Below, one piece after another: positions 22,835 to 36,956 of a stretch of DNA of 64,000 nt. The stretch's first letter is position 1. Each line of letters begins with the position of its first letter. The position numbers and the translations under genes were made by a program. Source of the stretch: Eukaryota sp. TZLM1-RC. Its lineage: Eukaryota > Protista > Metamonada: BaSk clade. The notes under the pieces were generated by a model. It saw only the letters and a list, made by a program, of their open reading frames with translations. It was not told where the DNA came from and made no database searches. Location of the stretch: the NCBI GenBank assembly GCA_040285825.1, contig JAUPSS010000011.1, positions 1,003,658 through 1,067,657 on the forward strand, written 5' to 3'.

Positions 22835-23750
22835 ATAAGGAACTGATCCATGATAGGTGTAGCTCCGCTGTTTTAAATCAAGATCTTCACTCATTGTTAT
22901 TGGAAAAGGGTATTTGTGAAAACCATTCATCAGAATTTTCACTTTTTGTAACCATTGTACCACAAAGAGTTGGACTCTGTGGGATGAATGATCCTTTTGT
23001 AACAAAATAGAGATCATATTTGAATATCCCAATTAATCAATTATTATCAAAAGAATATTGTAGTTGTTCAAATTCACCACAGCTGAATTTGTACCATGCT
23101 CTGAATCGTTTTAAATTGATAACTTATCGTTCTTCATTACACGATGCTGTTACAAAGACTGTTTTCAATATGGCACAAATTGCAAGAATATGGTGTATCA
23201 AAGGGCCTCTGCTGAAAGAAACACTTTCTCTTAATAATTTTAGTTCTGATGATAGAGGTAATGTATATTGTGATTGGACTGATAATTCTGAAGCTATTGT
23301 TGACTTTGTTTCATGTAAAGTTGCAATTCATACTTTGGTTCACAGAAGAAAACTTAATCCTGTGAGTGCTCTGGATTTAACAGCAAAAAAAATCATAGAA
23401 AATATGATAAAGATATTCAAGATGCTAATGCTGGTAGAAATACACAGCTCGTTTTTATTGCTTTCCCATTTTCGATAATTACAAGATTATCACTTGAAGC
23501 AAAAACCTTTGTGAATGACTTCCACAAAATGGTTCAAAAAAAACAATGAAAAAATATGATATTTGTTTATGGCGTTCTCGCATTCAATTTGCCATTATTG
23601 AAAGATTACCTCGGTTTTTCAATCGAATGAGAGGTGCTTTCGCTAGACAGCAAGTAGATCAAGATTTTGTAGAGGACAACTTGTTTCAATGATATTCGTC
23701 TCATTAGTCATGAATTGATTTAATCAAGTGTGCATGTTCAATAAACGTGA
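22835..23750 (+). mobile_element. Degenerate subfamily D 3' fragment
   Basis: ORF 23020..23478 is similar to 39450..40499. Confidence 0.8.
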
Positions 23751-23799
23751 CAACTTAGTTGTCTCATTTCCAAAATTCCAAATCTTCACGTTCTAATGT

Positions 23800-25360
23800 C
23801 AAATGAGCATCAGTGCACAACTGCCTTAAAAATGTGGTGTGTTTCTTAGTCTTTTAGTGCGCCAAATGATTTGATTTGTCGTTGTGGTCAGCTTATCAAT
23901 CTGAATCATTAATTTGATTGCAAATTTAATATTACATATCGCTCAGTTGTTCACGATGCTGTTAGAGACCAACTATACGCAAAGTGCAAAAGTCATCACA
24001 TTGAAGCTTTTGTTGAACAACTTGTGCGAAGGTTGTCATCTGAAAATGAAGATGAAAATACTTTTGGGAAACGCCGTGCTGATTTAATTACCCCTGCGTC
24101 TGATGGTGTTATTAAAGTTGTTGATGTTGTCACTGTTGATGTTTGTAAAGACTCAGCAATTGACTTTGCTAAAAGAGATGAAACTCCACTTTGCTTTGCT
24201 GAAAAGAGCAAAATCAAAAAGTACAGTGAACCCTTATCTAAGCTAGGACGTGTTGAGTTGAGTTATTGAATCCTTCTTGGAACCTCTGTTGTCAAGTCTG
24301 TTTGATGCTGAAGATGATTTTCATAAGAATAATAGAGGTTATGTTATATTACCTGGATTAGATGGAAGTTTCATTGTATTGGATGTAATGTCTGTTGATC
24401 CTTGTAATGCCTCAAATGAAAGGCTTGTTAATTCTGAAATTCATAATGCTCTTTCAAATGCTGAAAATTTCAAACTCAAAAAATACAATGAACCTTTGTC
24501 CAAATTGGCCAGTCTACAGCATGCAAAATACAATTTGTATCCATTTGTATTTTCCCTTTTTGGTTCACTTGCACCAACTGCTTTACGTTTTTTGAATGAT
24601 TTTGAATTGATTGTAAAGAGAAGAACTGGGAGAAATTTCAACAGATTGTTTTGGCAAAAACGAATTGTGTTTTCTATTTTTAAGGGGATGTTGAAGATGG
24701 TTTCTGATGCTTTGCTTTCTCTTGGATCTCACTATGAGAGAGTTGCATCTAGTGTTTTTGTTTTGGGAGAGATGGATTTTTTAGATGTTGATTTATAGGT
24801 TTTGAATAAAATTAAATTTAAAAAAAAAGGACGTGTTGAGCATGTCAAGTATCAGTTTGTTCCATTTGCTGTTTCTCTTTTTGGTAACATTGTTTCTCTT
24901 TTTGGTAACATTGGAATATCTGGCATTAAATTTCTTGAATGTTTTAGAAGTTTAATAAAAGAAAGAGCAGGAAAAGAATTGAACTTCAATTTCTGGCTGA
25001 AAAATTGCTAAATATGCGAAACCCATTTCCTCGGATAATGAAAATTCTCATGCCCAATATAATTTATGTCCAATTGTTTTTTCTTTGCTTGGATCTCTAG
25101 GTAAGGCTGCTATGGCTTTCCTTGAGGATTTTGTTGTAGTTGTAAAGGAAAGAACTGGAAGAATTTTCAATCCTGTTTACTGGCAAAACAGGATTGTACT
25201 TTCTATTTTTAAGGGAATGGAAACACTAATTTCTGATTCACTATCTTCTTTTGGGAAATTTTCTGAATCTTTAGCGATTAATTGTTTTGATGTAGGGGAG
25301 GCAGGTTTTGAGGATGTGGAGTTTTAATTGTGTATTTCATATTTGTTGTTGAATAAAAAT
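23800..25360 (+). mobile_element. Nest: subfamily F 3' fragment containing a 5'-truncated A (24258-24827), followed by a C 3' fragment
   Basis: ORFs 24024..24269, 24277..24798 and 25085..25327. TSD AGGACGTGTTGAG at 24245-24257 and 24828-24840. Confidence 0.85.
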
Positions 25361-25464
25361 GATGTTTTTCAAAAAGTTCAATTTTCATTGTTTCCAAAAT
25401 AACTTGCAACCAGTTCTATGTAACCAGTTCTTTCCTGAGCAACCAGTTCTAGTTGATTGAATTG

Positions 25465-27616
25465 AAAGCCATAGCAGCCTTACCTAGAGATCCAAGCAAA
25501 GAAAAAACAAATGGACATAAATTATATTGGGCATGAGAATTTTCATTAACCGAGGAAATGGGTTTCGCATATTTAGCAATTTTGTATTTTTCGCCTGCAA
25601 GAAGAGGATTATTTACATCCGAGTTAATGAGATGTTCGTTAGAGGAATTACAAGGGTCAATAGACATGGCGTCCAAAATAGTAAAACTACCATTTAAACC
25701 AGGAACAACTAGATCACCTCTAGTCAGACCCATAGAAGCTCTGTTGTAACGCGTACTATCAATATTGGGATCATCAAGAATTAATTTTGATAACAGCGGT
25801 TCTAAAAAGGAATCTACTCGATATGATTTGCACATTACATAAATTTGGTCCCTGACGTTATTATGCACTTTGCTTCTAAACGCAATGAAATGTTTGCAGT
25901 TCAAAAGATGAGTAAACAAAAGAGGTTTACCACATTTACAAGTTAAATGATTGGGCAAATTGTTTGGCCACAGAAAACAACGAAAACGCATGTTTAGAAG
26001 CCATTCATTGTTTTTTTAACAAAAGTCCATAAACAGAGGGAACTTGAGTTACTAAAGCAGCAGCTGAACTATCACGAATATCCTTTAAAAAATTACCGAA
26101 AGCGGGATTTTTAGTTTTGGCCAAGCCAAGTCTTACTTCATAATCCAAGCCTTCATATAATTTAACCAGATGGTGCTGAAGCTTTTTCAAGCAAAAACGT
26201 AAATTTGGAAGTGATCGGGTGGGAATTTCTTGAACATTTTGAGGAAAACACTGAATCCAGATATCACTAGGCAAATTTTCTAATTCAAATTGCAGTTGAT
26301 TCAAGTAAAAATTTGATTCACCATTGAACAGATGAACATCAAAAGGGAACCTTTGGAAAATTTAAAAACAAAATTTTTACCACCTCCCAAAAATGCTGCT
26401 TTACACAGAATCGAAGATTTCGTGAATCCAATTCCACCCAAATCTGCTGAACAAAATACATGACTTCGAATTAAAGATTCATTTACTTCTAATAAAGAAG
26501 AAAAAACTTGACTCGAAGTTTGTTAAAAGATCTGCAAAAATTGAGAGATACCGAAGGGGAGTTGACCTTAAAATATGAGTGAATTTTCCAGAATAACAAA
26601 TTTTTAAAATAAAAAATTTGATGTGTTTCTCAATGTCACATTCAGCAATAAAACTAAGATCCTTGTCAAACTTCTCCAATAAATTGTTTAACTGGGAATA
26701 AATTTCATCCAAATTACCAAGCCAACATCCAAGAAACTTAAAAGCTTGTTGGTCATAATTGATAAAAGGAATCTGAGCTCCACCAATCATCAAAGATTGT
26801 TTTTCTCTACCAATCAAGAGACTTTTAGATGGGTTCAAAGCTAAACCAATTTCTTTGTATTTCGCCGCAATGTCTTCAGAAACCCTAGCAATGCTTTCAA
26901 AAGAACCAATAATAGAAATGTCATCCATATAGGCAACAATACGCAAATCAGGGAAAACTTGTTGTGTCATTTTAATAATATTATGAATAGCCAAACAAAA
27001 CAGCAAAGGGCCAAGAGGATCACCTTGTTTCACACCAGAAGAAGATTCAAGGGTAAAGGAGTCAAAAATTAAGTCTGATTTTTTTCCATAAAATAAATAA
27101 AAATATGCAGTAAGTTCAGGAAAATCATGAAGAAGGACATCAAAAATACAATTACGTTTCACAGAATTGAAAGCATTTTTGAAATCCAAATTGAAAATAT
27201 ATTGATGCTGTTGACTATTGAAAAAAACATCTGAAGTCATTGAAGCAACAGAAGCACCTTCAACAGTTTTTATACCAAATTGGAAAGGCTTCAAATAGTC
27301 CCTTGCTTTAGTAGAAATTCTGTTAAAAATAAGCGAAGAAAGCAATCTGGTTAATGACTCTCCAATAGCAATTGGTCTAACTCCATCAGGTTTGTCACCT
27401 TTACCAGGTTTAACTAAAGCAACTAAACGGGCAGCAGTCAATTCAGGCGGAGGAACATAATTTAAACACATTAAATTTTGAAAATAGGAAGCAAGATCCT
27501 CAACAATTTCAGGAGCATTTTTACAGGCAGTTTTTAACAAATCAAAGGAAATGCCTGAAGGACCAGCAGCTTTTCCTTTTGGTAATTTAGCAACGGCATT
27601 CAAAACTTCTTGAGCC
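25465..27616 (-). mobile_element. Subfamily C, RT plus RLE region
   Basis: ORFs 26479..27660 (KPDGVRPIAIGE, QGDPLGP, YMDD), 26005..26304 and 25449..25991. Confidence 0.9.
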
Positions 27617-30600
27617 TTTTTTTTTAAATTTAATTTTATTCTAAACCTATAAATCAACATCTAAAAAATCCATCTCTCCCAAAGCAAAAACACTAGATGC
27701 AACTCTCTCATAGTGAGATCCAAGAGAAAGCAAAGCATCAGAAACCATCTTCAACATCCCCTTAAAAACAGAAAACACAATTCTATTTTGCCAAAACAAT
27801 CTGTTGAAATTTCTGCCAGTTCTTCTCTTTACAATCATTTCAAAATCATCCAAAAAACGTAAAGCAGTTGGTGCAAGTGAACCAAAAAGGGAAAATACAA
27901 ATGGATACAAATTGTATTTTGCATGCTGTAGACTGGCCAATTTGGACAAAGGTTCATTGTATTTTTTGAATTTAAAATTTTCAGCATTTGAAAGGGGATT
28001 ATGAATTTCAGAATTAACAAGCCTTTCATTTGAGGCATTACAAGGATCAACAGGCTTTACATCCAATAAAATGATGCTTCCATCTAATCCAGGTAATATG
28101 ACATCACCTCTATTATTCTGATGAAAATCATTTTCAGCATCAAACAGATTTGACAACAAAGGTTCCAAGAAGGATTCAATTCTATGAGATTTACACATAC
28201 AATATAACTGGTCTCTTACAGCATCATGAACCTTGTTTCTAAAAGTAATAAAATGTTTACAATTTAACAAATGAGTAGTTGTAATTTCTCGAGAACATTT
28301 ACAAATTAAATTATGAGGTAAATTATCAGGCCAGATAAAGGAACGAAATCTCATATTCAGAGTCCAAGCAGAATCGGATAAGAGAGTACCATAAACTTGT
28401 GGAATTGTTGTTACTAAGGCAGAAGAAGTACTGTCACACATATCTTGTAAAAAGATTTGCAAAAGCGGGATTCTTTTTCTTGGCCAAGCCAAGTCTAACA
28501 TCAAAATCCAAGCTTTCAAAAATCTTTGACAATTTTTGTTGAAGCTTTTTACAGCAAAACTGTAAATTAAATAGAGATCGGTTTGGAATTTCTTGAATTG
28601 ATTGAGGAAAACATTTGGTCCAAATTTGTGGCGGTAATTTTTCAAGTTCACAAGATAACTCATACAAATAGGGACTACAATTGGGGACTAACAGATGAGA
28701 ATCATCAGGAAATCTACGAGAAAATTCATAAATAAAATTTTGCCACCACCCAAGAATGCTGATTGACACAAAATTGAAGATTTAGTAAATCCAATACCCC
28801 CAAATTTGCTGAAGAAAATAAATGGCTTTTCAACATTCCTGGTTCTACATCCAATAAATCAGCAAAAAAATTCTGTTCTCAATGAATTAAAAAGAACGAC
28901 AAAAATCTAATGCTATGGAAGGAGCACAAGATCTCAAAATGTGGGTTATTCTCCCAGTGTAGCAAATTTTAAGCATAAAAAATTTAATATGCTTTTCTAT
29001 ATCTAAAGAAGAAATTGAATCAAGTTCAATTTTCATTTTTTCCAAAATAACTTGCAATTCATTCTGAATTTGAGGCACATTTCCTAACCAACAACCAAGG
29101 AACTTAAAAGCATCACTACTATAATTAGTAAAGGGACAATAGAATCGTTTATCACGAGGTCTTGAGCAGAAGAGCCAATCAGAAGGCATTTGCTGGCATT
29201 AAGATGAAGCCCAATATTTTCATATGAATCGGCAATTTCTTGAGCAACCAATTCTAGTAAATCAAATGAACCAATCAAGGATATATCATCCATATAAGCA
29301 ACTATTTTTATAGAAGGGTATTTTTGCTTAATGATATTTAAAGTTTTGTGAATAGCCAAACAAAACAATAATGGACCTAAAGGGTCACCTTGCTTCACAC
29401 CAGAAGATGATTTAAGAGCAAATGAATTAAAAATCAAATCTGATTCTTTACCATAAAAATGGTAGAAAAAACTCGATAGCTCAGGAAAATCAGATTTAAT
29501 AACTTCAAAAATTGCTTCTCGGTTTACAGAATTAAAAGCATTTTTAAAGTCGAGATTAAAAATAAAATTATTTTCCTCTGCATTAAAAAAGGTATCAGAG
29601 GCAATAACAGCAACAGAAGCACCATCAATTGTTTTGATTCCAAATTGATGAGGATTCAAAAATGTAGAAGCTTTGTCTTTGACACGATCGAAGACAATTG
29701 ATGCTAGCAAACGAGAAAGAGATTCACCAACAGCAATTGGGCGTATTCCATCAGGTTTGATTCCGTTTCCAGGCTTTACTAAAGCAATCAGACGTGCAGC
29801 GAGTAATTCAAATGGAGGATTAATTTTCAAAACATTTAATTGTGGAAAATAATGGGCTAGATCATCAGGAATTTCGGGAGCACTGGAACACGCTATTTTT
29901 AAGAGATCAAAAGAAATTCCAGATGGGCCTGCTGCTTTCCCCTTTGGTAATTTTTTTGAATAGCTTTAAGAACTTCAATTGCAGTAATAGGATTTTCAAT
30001 CCAAAAAGGACACACATCAGGCTTGCTGCACTTGAAATTTTCTTGAGGATGCAACTTTTGAAGTTTTTCAAGGGTATCAGAGTTTGCATCAGCCAAAGAA
30101 GAGAAAAACAAGGACTGATTTGCGGCACCATAACGACCACGTAAGCACAATTTACGGCAAATTTTTGATTTTACAATTTTTCTATTTCCAAAATTTTTCT
30201 TAAAACAATTTTTGTTTTTTCTAGCAAATTATTTCCAGAAGGATGAAATATTCCACCTATTATTTTTCAATTCAGAAGTAAAATTTCTCATTTCCATTGA
30301 GAAGGGGATTGTGCTGGCGGGACTTATTTCTACTGGGATCCGGATCGGGGGTCTTACGGTATCAACGGCTTTACAATTCGTACAAAACAGAAGTTTTCGA
30401 CCATTTCTTGAATCTGCAACATCTTTTTTGCAAAATGGACAAGAAAAATTATTGTTTTCAGAAGGGGAAGCAGAGTGAGCACTAGAAGCATTTAACTGTT
30501 GATAGTCAGAAACATTATTTTCAGCACCTTTCACAACGGCAACAGCTGGAACAGAACATTTGAGAATTTGTTGAGCAGATTTTAATTCAAATTCTCTTTT

Positions 30601-31103
30601 TTGTTTTTCAGGGCACGTTCTCGAATTATGACCACTGATACCACAAATCAAACATTTTTTAGAACCTTTTAATGGCAGTGGTTTCATTTTTTCAGTTCTT
30701 TCAATTTTGTCAATTTGTGAGTTAAAAGAAGAAATATACTTTTGACTTTTTCCAGTTTCAGCAGGAGAAAACAAATTTCGAGAAACGCAGTTGTTAATAG
30801 AACGCGCAACAGAACGTAAGGAACGTAATGGTGGTTTTTGTGTGTTTTTTCTGGTACAATGATCAGTTTTTGAATGAAAATTTTTTTGAGATGAATTTCG
30901 AGCATAGCTTGCATTGTGGGGAGAGTGGTTAAGTGAAAGAGATGAGCTTGTTCTGACTGGTAGAATCTTTGCTTGGGTGTTCCAATCAGTATCAGAGTCA
31001 CTATCAGCCAAAGCATCGTTTTGACAGAGAAACAGTACGACTTTGACGCCTTGACAGAAAGTGAAATATGAAAGGGTTGACTAAGGGAGGGAGAAAAAAA
31101 ATA
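27617..31103 (-). mobile_element. Full-length subfamily A copy
   Basis: Poly(T) at 27617 and 5' UTR ending near 31103. ORFs 30229..31011, 29084..29830 and 27647..28663. It lacks the TAA seen in the tandem copies and reads NFSCPFC. Confidence 0.92.
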
Positions 31104-31114
31104 TATTATAAAAT

Positions 31115-32978
31115 AAATTATATTGGGCATGAGAATTTTCATTAACCGAGGAAATGGGTTTCGCATATTTAGCAATTTTATATTTTTCGCCTGCAAGAAG
31201 AGGATTATTTACATCCGAGTTAATGAGATGTTCGTTAGAGGAATTACAAGGGTCAATAGACATGGCGTCCAAAATAGTAAAACTACCATTTAAACCAGGA
31301 ACAATTAGATCACCTCTAGTCAGACCCATAGAAGCTCTGTTGTAACGCGTACTATCAATATTGGGATCATCAAGAATTAATTTTGATAACAGCGGTTCAA
31401 AAAAGGAATCTACTCGATATGATTTGCACATTACATAAATTTGGTCCCTGACGTTATTATGCACTTTGCTTCTAAACGTAGTGAAATGTTTGCAGTTCAA
31501 AAGATGAGTAAACAACAGAGGTTTACCACATTTACAAGTTAAATGATTGGGCAAATTGTTTGGTCACAGAAAATAACGAAAACGCATGTTTAGAAGCCAT
31601 TCATTGTTTTTTCAACAAAAGTCCATAAACAGAGGCAACTTGAGTTACTAAAGCAGCAGCTAAACTATCACGAATATCCTTTAAAAAATTACCGAAAGCG
31701 GGATTTTTAGTTTTGGCCAAACCAAGTCTTACTTCATAATCCAAGCCTTCATATAATTTAACCAGATGGTGCTGAAGCTTTTTCAAGCAAAAACGTAAAA
31801 TTGGAAGTGATCGGGTGGGAATTTCTTAAACATTTTGAGGAAAACACTGAATCCAGATATCACTAGGCAAATTTTCTAATTCAAATTGCAGTTGATTCAA
31901 GTAAAAATTTGATTCACCATTGATCAGGTGAACATCAAAAGGGAACCTTTGGAAAAATTCAAAAACAAAATTTTTACCACCTCCCAAAAATGCTGCTTTA
32001 CACAGAATCGAAGATTTGGTGAATCCAATTCCACCCAAATCTGCTGAGCAAAATACATGACTTCGAATTAAAGATGCATTTACTTCCAATAAAGAAGAAA
32101 AAAATTTGTCTCGAAGTTTGTTAAAAGATCTGCAAAAATTGAGAAATACCGATGGGGGAGTTGACCTTAAAATATGAGTGAATTTTCCAGAATAACAAGT
32201 TTTTAAAATAAAAAATTTGATGTGTTTCTCAATGTCACATTCAGCAATAAAACTAAGATCCTTGTCGAACTTCTCCAATAAATTGTTTAGCTGGGAATAA
32301 ATTTCATCCAAATTGCCAAGCCAACATCCAAGAAACTTAAAAGCTTGTTGGTCATAATTGATAAAAGGAATCTGAGCTCCACCAATCATCAAAGATTGTT
32401 TTTCTCTACCAATCAAGAGACATTTAGATGGGTTCAAAGCTAATCCAATTTCTTTGTATTTCGCTGCAATGGTAATTTAGCAACGGCATTCAATACTTCT
32501 TGAGCCTGAAATGTCTTTTCGGCGGAACCTAAATAGCAACCAAGCAAGCAGAAACTAGTTGAAGTATAATCAATATATGGAACTTCAAGGGAATTAATTA
32601 TTAACTTAACATTTTTCCTGGAAATACAAAAACATTTTTGAACATTCAACTCAAGACCTATGGAGTGGTAAAATGTAGCAGCTTCATTAGCAACCCTATT
32701 AATTGTAATTTCTGGACCAATACAAGAAATGTCATCCATGTAGGCTACCATTTGAAGGTCAGAATTTTCTTCTTTTAATTTTTTCAAAATTGTGTGAATC
32801 GCAAGACAAAAAAAGAAAGGACCTAAAGGGTCTCCTTGTTTAACTCCCGATAAAGAATCAAGATTAAAAGAATTAAAAATTAAATCAGATGAATTACCAT
32901 AAAACCTATAAAAAAGGTTTCGAGTTCAGGAAAATTTGATTTGATTTCTTTCCAAATTGAATCCCTTTTCACTGAATT
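31115..32978 (-). mobile_element. Chimeric C (internally deleted) / B fragment
   Basis: ORFs 31081..31554 and 31826..32437 (C). At about 32470 it jumps to the C KLPKG region, and at about 32511 into B (ORF 32440..32787). Confidence 0.8.
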
Positions 32979-33619
32979 TTTTTATATTAGATATTTTTTT
33001 ATTAAATGAGCTAAATACTACGACAATTTCAAAATTCCTTATCCAACTATTCCACTACTAGTAGTCAATACTGCAAAAAGACACTGAGTAACCGGCACAA
33101 AGCAAAAAAGTACATAATTGACATTATTAAGCGGCCGTCTGAGATGCTCCAAGAGCGTTTAAAAGGCGACAGCAAGCTTTTCATCACACATACGATTGTT
33201 TGAACCAGCAACAACATCCAATAAGAAGAGTGAAAATTCTATCTCAAGAACAACTAACGAAACCTTCACTAAAGAGATCACAAACTTTCTATTTTCATTA
33301 CTAAGCGGCCGTCTGAGAAGCTCCAAGAGCGTTTTAAAGGCGACAGCAAGCTTTTCATGAGAAAAGAAATGCGAACATCTGCTGATGGTCAAGTCACATT
33401 GAACAAGAAACAAAATGCTTGTGAAAAGAGAACCAATTTGTCTCCAAATTGATGATTCAGAGGATGATGTTATCAGTGGAAAAACATTCGGTATGGTAAA
33501 CAAAGAAGAGGGAGACAACGTAGAGCAGTATGGTATCATGGGTAAGAAAGCAATAGGAGAGCCTGGACCGTGAAAAGGGAGGTTTTCAACAATCATCATG
33601 GAGAGGAAGGAAGTTCGAT

Positions 33620-34670
33620 GTTTTTTACCAAAATTTTAAAAAATTTGAATTCGTTTGGTCGAAATAGAGGTGATTTAATGCTTGAAGGTCTTCAAGGTAC
33701 TACCATTATTACAGATGTGAGATCCACTGATGTATTTAATGATTTTTTTATCCCCTTAAGTGTTTCCAAAAGGGCAAAATTGACAAATACAAAGCAAAAT
33801 TGTTATCCTTGAATGCAGAATCGCATACTCAGTATGTTCTCTGTCCATTTGCAGTTTCCCTTCATGGCACTATTTGGACCTCTTGCTTTGTCTTTTCTGG
33901 ATGATTAAGTCGAACTTGTGAAACTACGTACTGGAAGAGTTTTTGACAAGAGTTTTTGGCAGAACAGAATTGTATTTTCAATTTTCAAAGGTTTTGTTCC
34001 ATTACTATCTTCAGCTTTATTAGCTCTTGGAGGCGTTTATGGAAGAAAAACCTTCAGTCAATTCTTCTTGGCTGACTTGGGTTATGAAGAAATAGATTTT
34101 TAACCTGGTCGCATAGTTTATTTTTTATTGGAATGAATAAAAAAGATTTTAAAAAAACTTCCATATCTATTTTTCAAAAACATTTTTTTTGCTTGAGAAA
34201 AAAAGTTCATTTCCTTTGTTTCGATTTTGAACTTAATTGTCTTTTTTGGCAAAAAGTTTCCAAAATCTAGCAATGTTCCATTTGTTAAGCTTCAAGTGAG
34301 AGGAAAAAGGACGCATTTCCATAGACACAGGAACAGAACTGGCATAGACCATGTATATTTTGCTGATTCGCCACTATCCAACGCCGAAAGTAAAAAAAGT
34401 AAAAAAAATATGAGGAACCATCGGCACATTTAGGTAGATTCGTACATGTGAAATAATAGTTTGTGCCGTTTGCTATTTCTCTTTTTGGCAATATTCTGCA
34501 TTTTCTCTGAAAATTTTATGTCAGTTGTACAACCCAGATCTCGTAAAAAAATTGAATTCTTTCTGGTTAAATAGAATTGTTTTTGCTTTCTTAAGTCTAT
34601 TTTAACCATGAATTCTAAAGCTCATTTAGCTGGTGGTACAGAATATGAGCGACATATTGTGAGTAGGCTT
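33620..34670 (+). mobile_element. Degenerate RLE 3' fragments (minor subfamily and E-like)
   Basis: RNRGDL..DV and FWQNRIVF motifs in ORFs 33570..33812 and 33918..34103. An ADSPLSNAE E-like piece lies at about 34360. Confidence 0.7.
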
Positions 34671-34825
34671 AGTACTTGTTTTGGAGGACATTGAATATTA
34701 GATAGAATTTTATTTCAATACAAACAAGGTAAAAACAGCTTCTGTATTTGAAAATCTTACCAGTTTGTTTCCAATAAATCATTGATAGAAATTTCTTGAT
34801 TGATATTTTCAGTAAGAGCAACCTT

Positions 34826-36055
34826 ATGCCTTCTTCTGAATCTAAATCACGGTCTTCTAAGTCTTCCAAAGATCGTTCTTCTCGTGATTCTTCCAAGTCG
34901 AAACGCAAATCTCGTAATGAATCATCTTCAAAAGAACGAAGGTCAAAAGAGCGCAGTTCTAGCAAATCTGAACCCACACCTCCTCAACGTACTCCAGTAA
35001 CTCAACCTAAACATTGTTACAATTGTAGTTCAGTGCCCCCTTCCTTATACTGTTCCCAATGTGCTGCTCATTTCTGTTCCCCCTGTGACTCCACCATTCA
35101 TTCATCTTCTCTTTCTCACCATGCAAGAACCCCACATCCCTCTCCTGAACGGAAGTGCCTACTTCACCCAGACCAAATCATTTCCTGCTATTGTGACGTT
35201 TGCCAACGTTGTATGTGTCATGTATGTAGTGATCAGTGTTCAAGAGATCCCTTACATTCAGTTCTGTCTATTGAAGATGCATGTAAACGTTTACAATCAC
35301 GTTTGGATGACGTCATACAGTCAAAAATCACTTCAAAACGGAAGTCAATTGTCAAATCTTATGGAGTGATTGAGAATTTTGAGCTGCAACTTTGCGAGGA
35401 AGCTAGCGAAATCCAACGACAATCCGCTGACTTTTTACAATCAATTTTATCAAGATTAAATACTCAGAAAGAGATAATATTAGCCAAACCAAGACAGAAA
35501 CGACGTGAACTTTTGGAACTGCTACGTGTGATTGACACATCATCTGTATCAAAAATCAACAAAAGTCAATCAGAAATGATTGATTTTTTGAGTAATTTTG
35601 AATCTATTATAAACAAATTAAATCATGTTGTCAATTCAGATTTACCTGCTTGTGATTTCGAAATCGAGGATGCAAAAACAAACTTACCAAGGGAAGTGGA
35701 ATCAATCAATCTCAACCGACCAATTAATCAATCTCTTTCGCGTGATGTGGAAGTCACAGACAGTTATTTTCAATCAAATACTCAATCAAAATTGATTGAA
35801 CTCGAAACAGAGATGAGAATAGCATCTGATATGCTCGAAATTCTGTTAAAAGATGGTAATTTTCCCAATCATTGCGAATCTTGTTCAAAATTAAGTTCAG
35901 AGTTGACCAAATGGATGTCCTTGACAGACAAGTATGCAAACGAATTAAGTAATTTGGTTTTGAAATGTCGATATTGTGAAGTAATGTTTTCTCTTGAAAC
36001 TGCCAATGAAAGATGTGGAAATGGATTATCTCATTATTGGGAAAAATTGGGCTAG
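34826..36055 (+). CDS. Tandem B-box zinc-finger / coiled-coil protein (TRIM-like, no RING) with S/R/K-rich N-terminus
   Basis: CYNC..YCSQC..FC..CD..IH..H (B-box1) and C..H..YC..C..C..C..H (B-box2), then heptad-rich helices. First ATG at 34826. Confidence 0.85.
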   Translation: MPSSESKSRSSKSSKDRSSRDSSKSKRKSRNESSSKERRSKERSSSKSEPTPPQRTPVTQPKHCYNCSSVPPSLYCSQCAAHFCSPCDSTIHSSSLSHHARTPHPSPERKCLLHPDQIISCYCDVCQRCMCHVCSDQCSRDPLHSVLSIEDACKRLQSRLDDVIQSKITSKRKSIVKSYGVIENFELQLCEEASEIQRQSADFLQSILSRLNTQKEIILAKPRQKRRELLELLRVIDTSSVSKINKSQSEMIDFLSNFESIINKLNHVVNSDLPACDFEIEDAKTNLPREVESINLNRPINQSLSRDVEVTDSYFQSNTQSKLIELETEMRIASDMLEILLKDGNFPNHCESCSKLSSELTKWMSLTDKYANELSNLVLKCRYCEVMFSLETANERCGNGLSHYWEKLG

Positions 36056-36388
36056 GGTATGGGTTAAATCTTGTATATTATCAAGCTATCACAGCAATAG
36101 TGTTGCCTAATTGTTAATTATTCTTCTTAATTTGCTAGTAATCTTCAGAGAAATTGAATTTAACATTTCAATTTTGTACTATGCAAATTGTTTGTTTTAT
36201 TTATCTTTCTTAATTAATTCATATTATTTATATTGTTAAATATTCTGTTTTTCGCCCATTATTCACAAGCACAATGCTGCCTTTCATAAAATTAGCTGTT
36301 GAAAAAGTATTATACCTCTCAACATTGAATAAATTGTTTTAACTTTTGATCCCCTTATTAATTATGATCTCAATTAATTAATTAATTA

Positions 36389-36956
36389 TTATTATTATAG
36401 AGTGACAACATACAGCTAAAAGCTAGAACTTATAAGAAGAAAAATTCTCCACATCTACCCTTACACTTCTATATAACTTTTTGAATATCTGAGACAAGTA
36501 TTTGGGAAAGCTTCGAAATAAAGCAAAGATGATTCTATTACGCCAAATGGAAATGTTAAATAATCTGTTACGTTCAAGACATAACTTGGCAAAAGAATCA
36601 AGAAACTTTTGACCTATCTTACCAATACTTCCAAAAATCGAAATTGCAAACGGAATGAAGACAAAAGAAGAGTATAAATTTTGATTAAGATTCCTCATTA
36701 CTTCATCATACAAGTGATTCTTACGTGCCTCCGCCTGACACAGATGCGAATTTTCATCATTAAAAACTGAAGACAAGTACACTTTTGCACAAGGGTCAAC
36801 GGTAGTAAAATCAACAACCGCCTGAGATGAGTTAGTAAAGGGTACAATCAAATCTCCACGACGACAGTTGAAAATATCGTTATCGCTGTAGTGTTTCAGT
36901 AGAGGTTCTATTTTCCCATTAAAACCATGACACCTAAACATCTCATATGTCACATC
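36389..36956 (-). mobile_element. Subfamily H RLE 3' fragment with (TAA)n tail, inserted in an (ATTA)n tract
   Basis: ORF 36423..36953 has RRGD..VDFT..E.RK..Y. Flanks are ATTAATTAATTAATTA at 36373-36388 and from 36957. Confidence 0.8.

Noticed and set aside
33125-33360. Direct repeat of about 55 bp (AAGCGGCCGTCTGAGA...) as mini-LTRs
   Set aside because: No TG..CA ends, PPT or TSD. More likely an internal duplication in a decayed gene.
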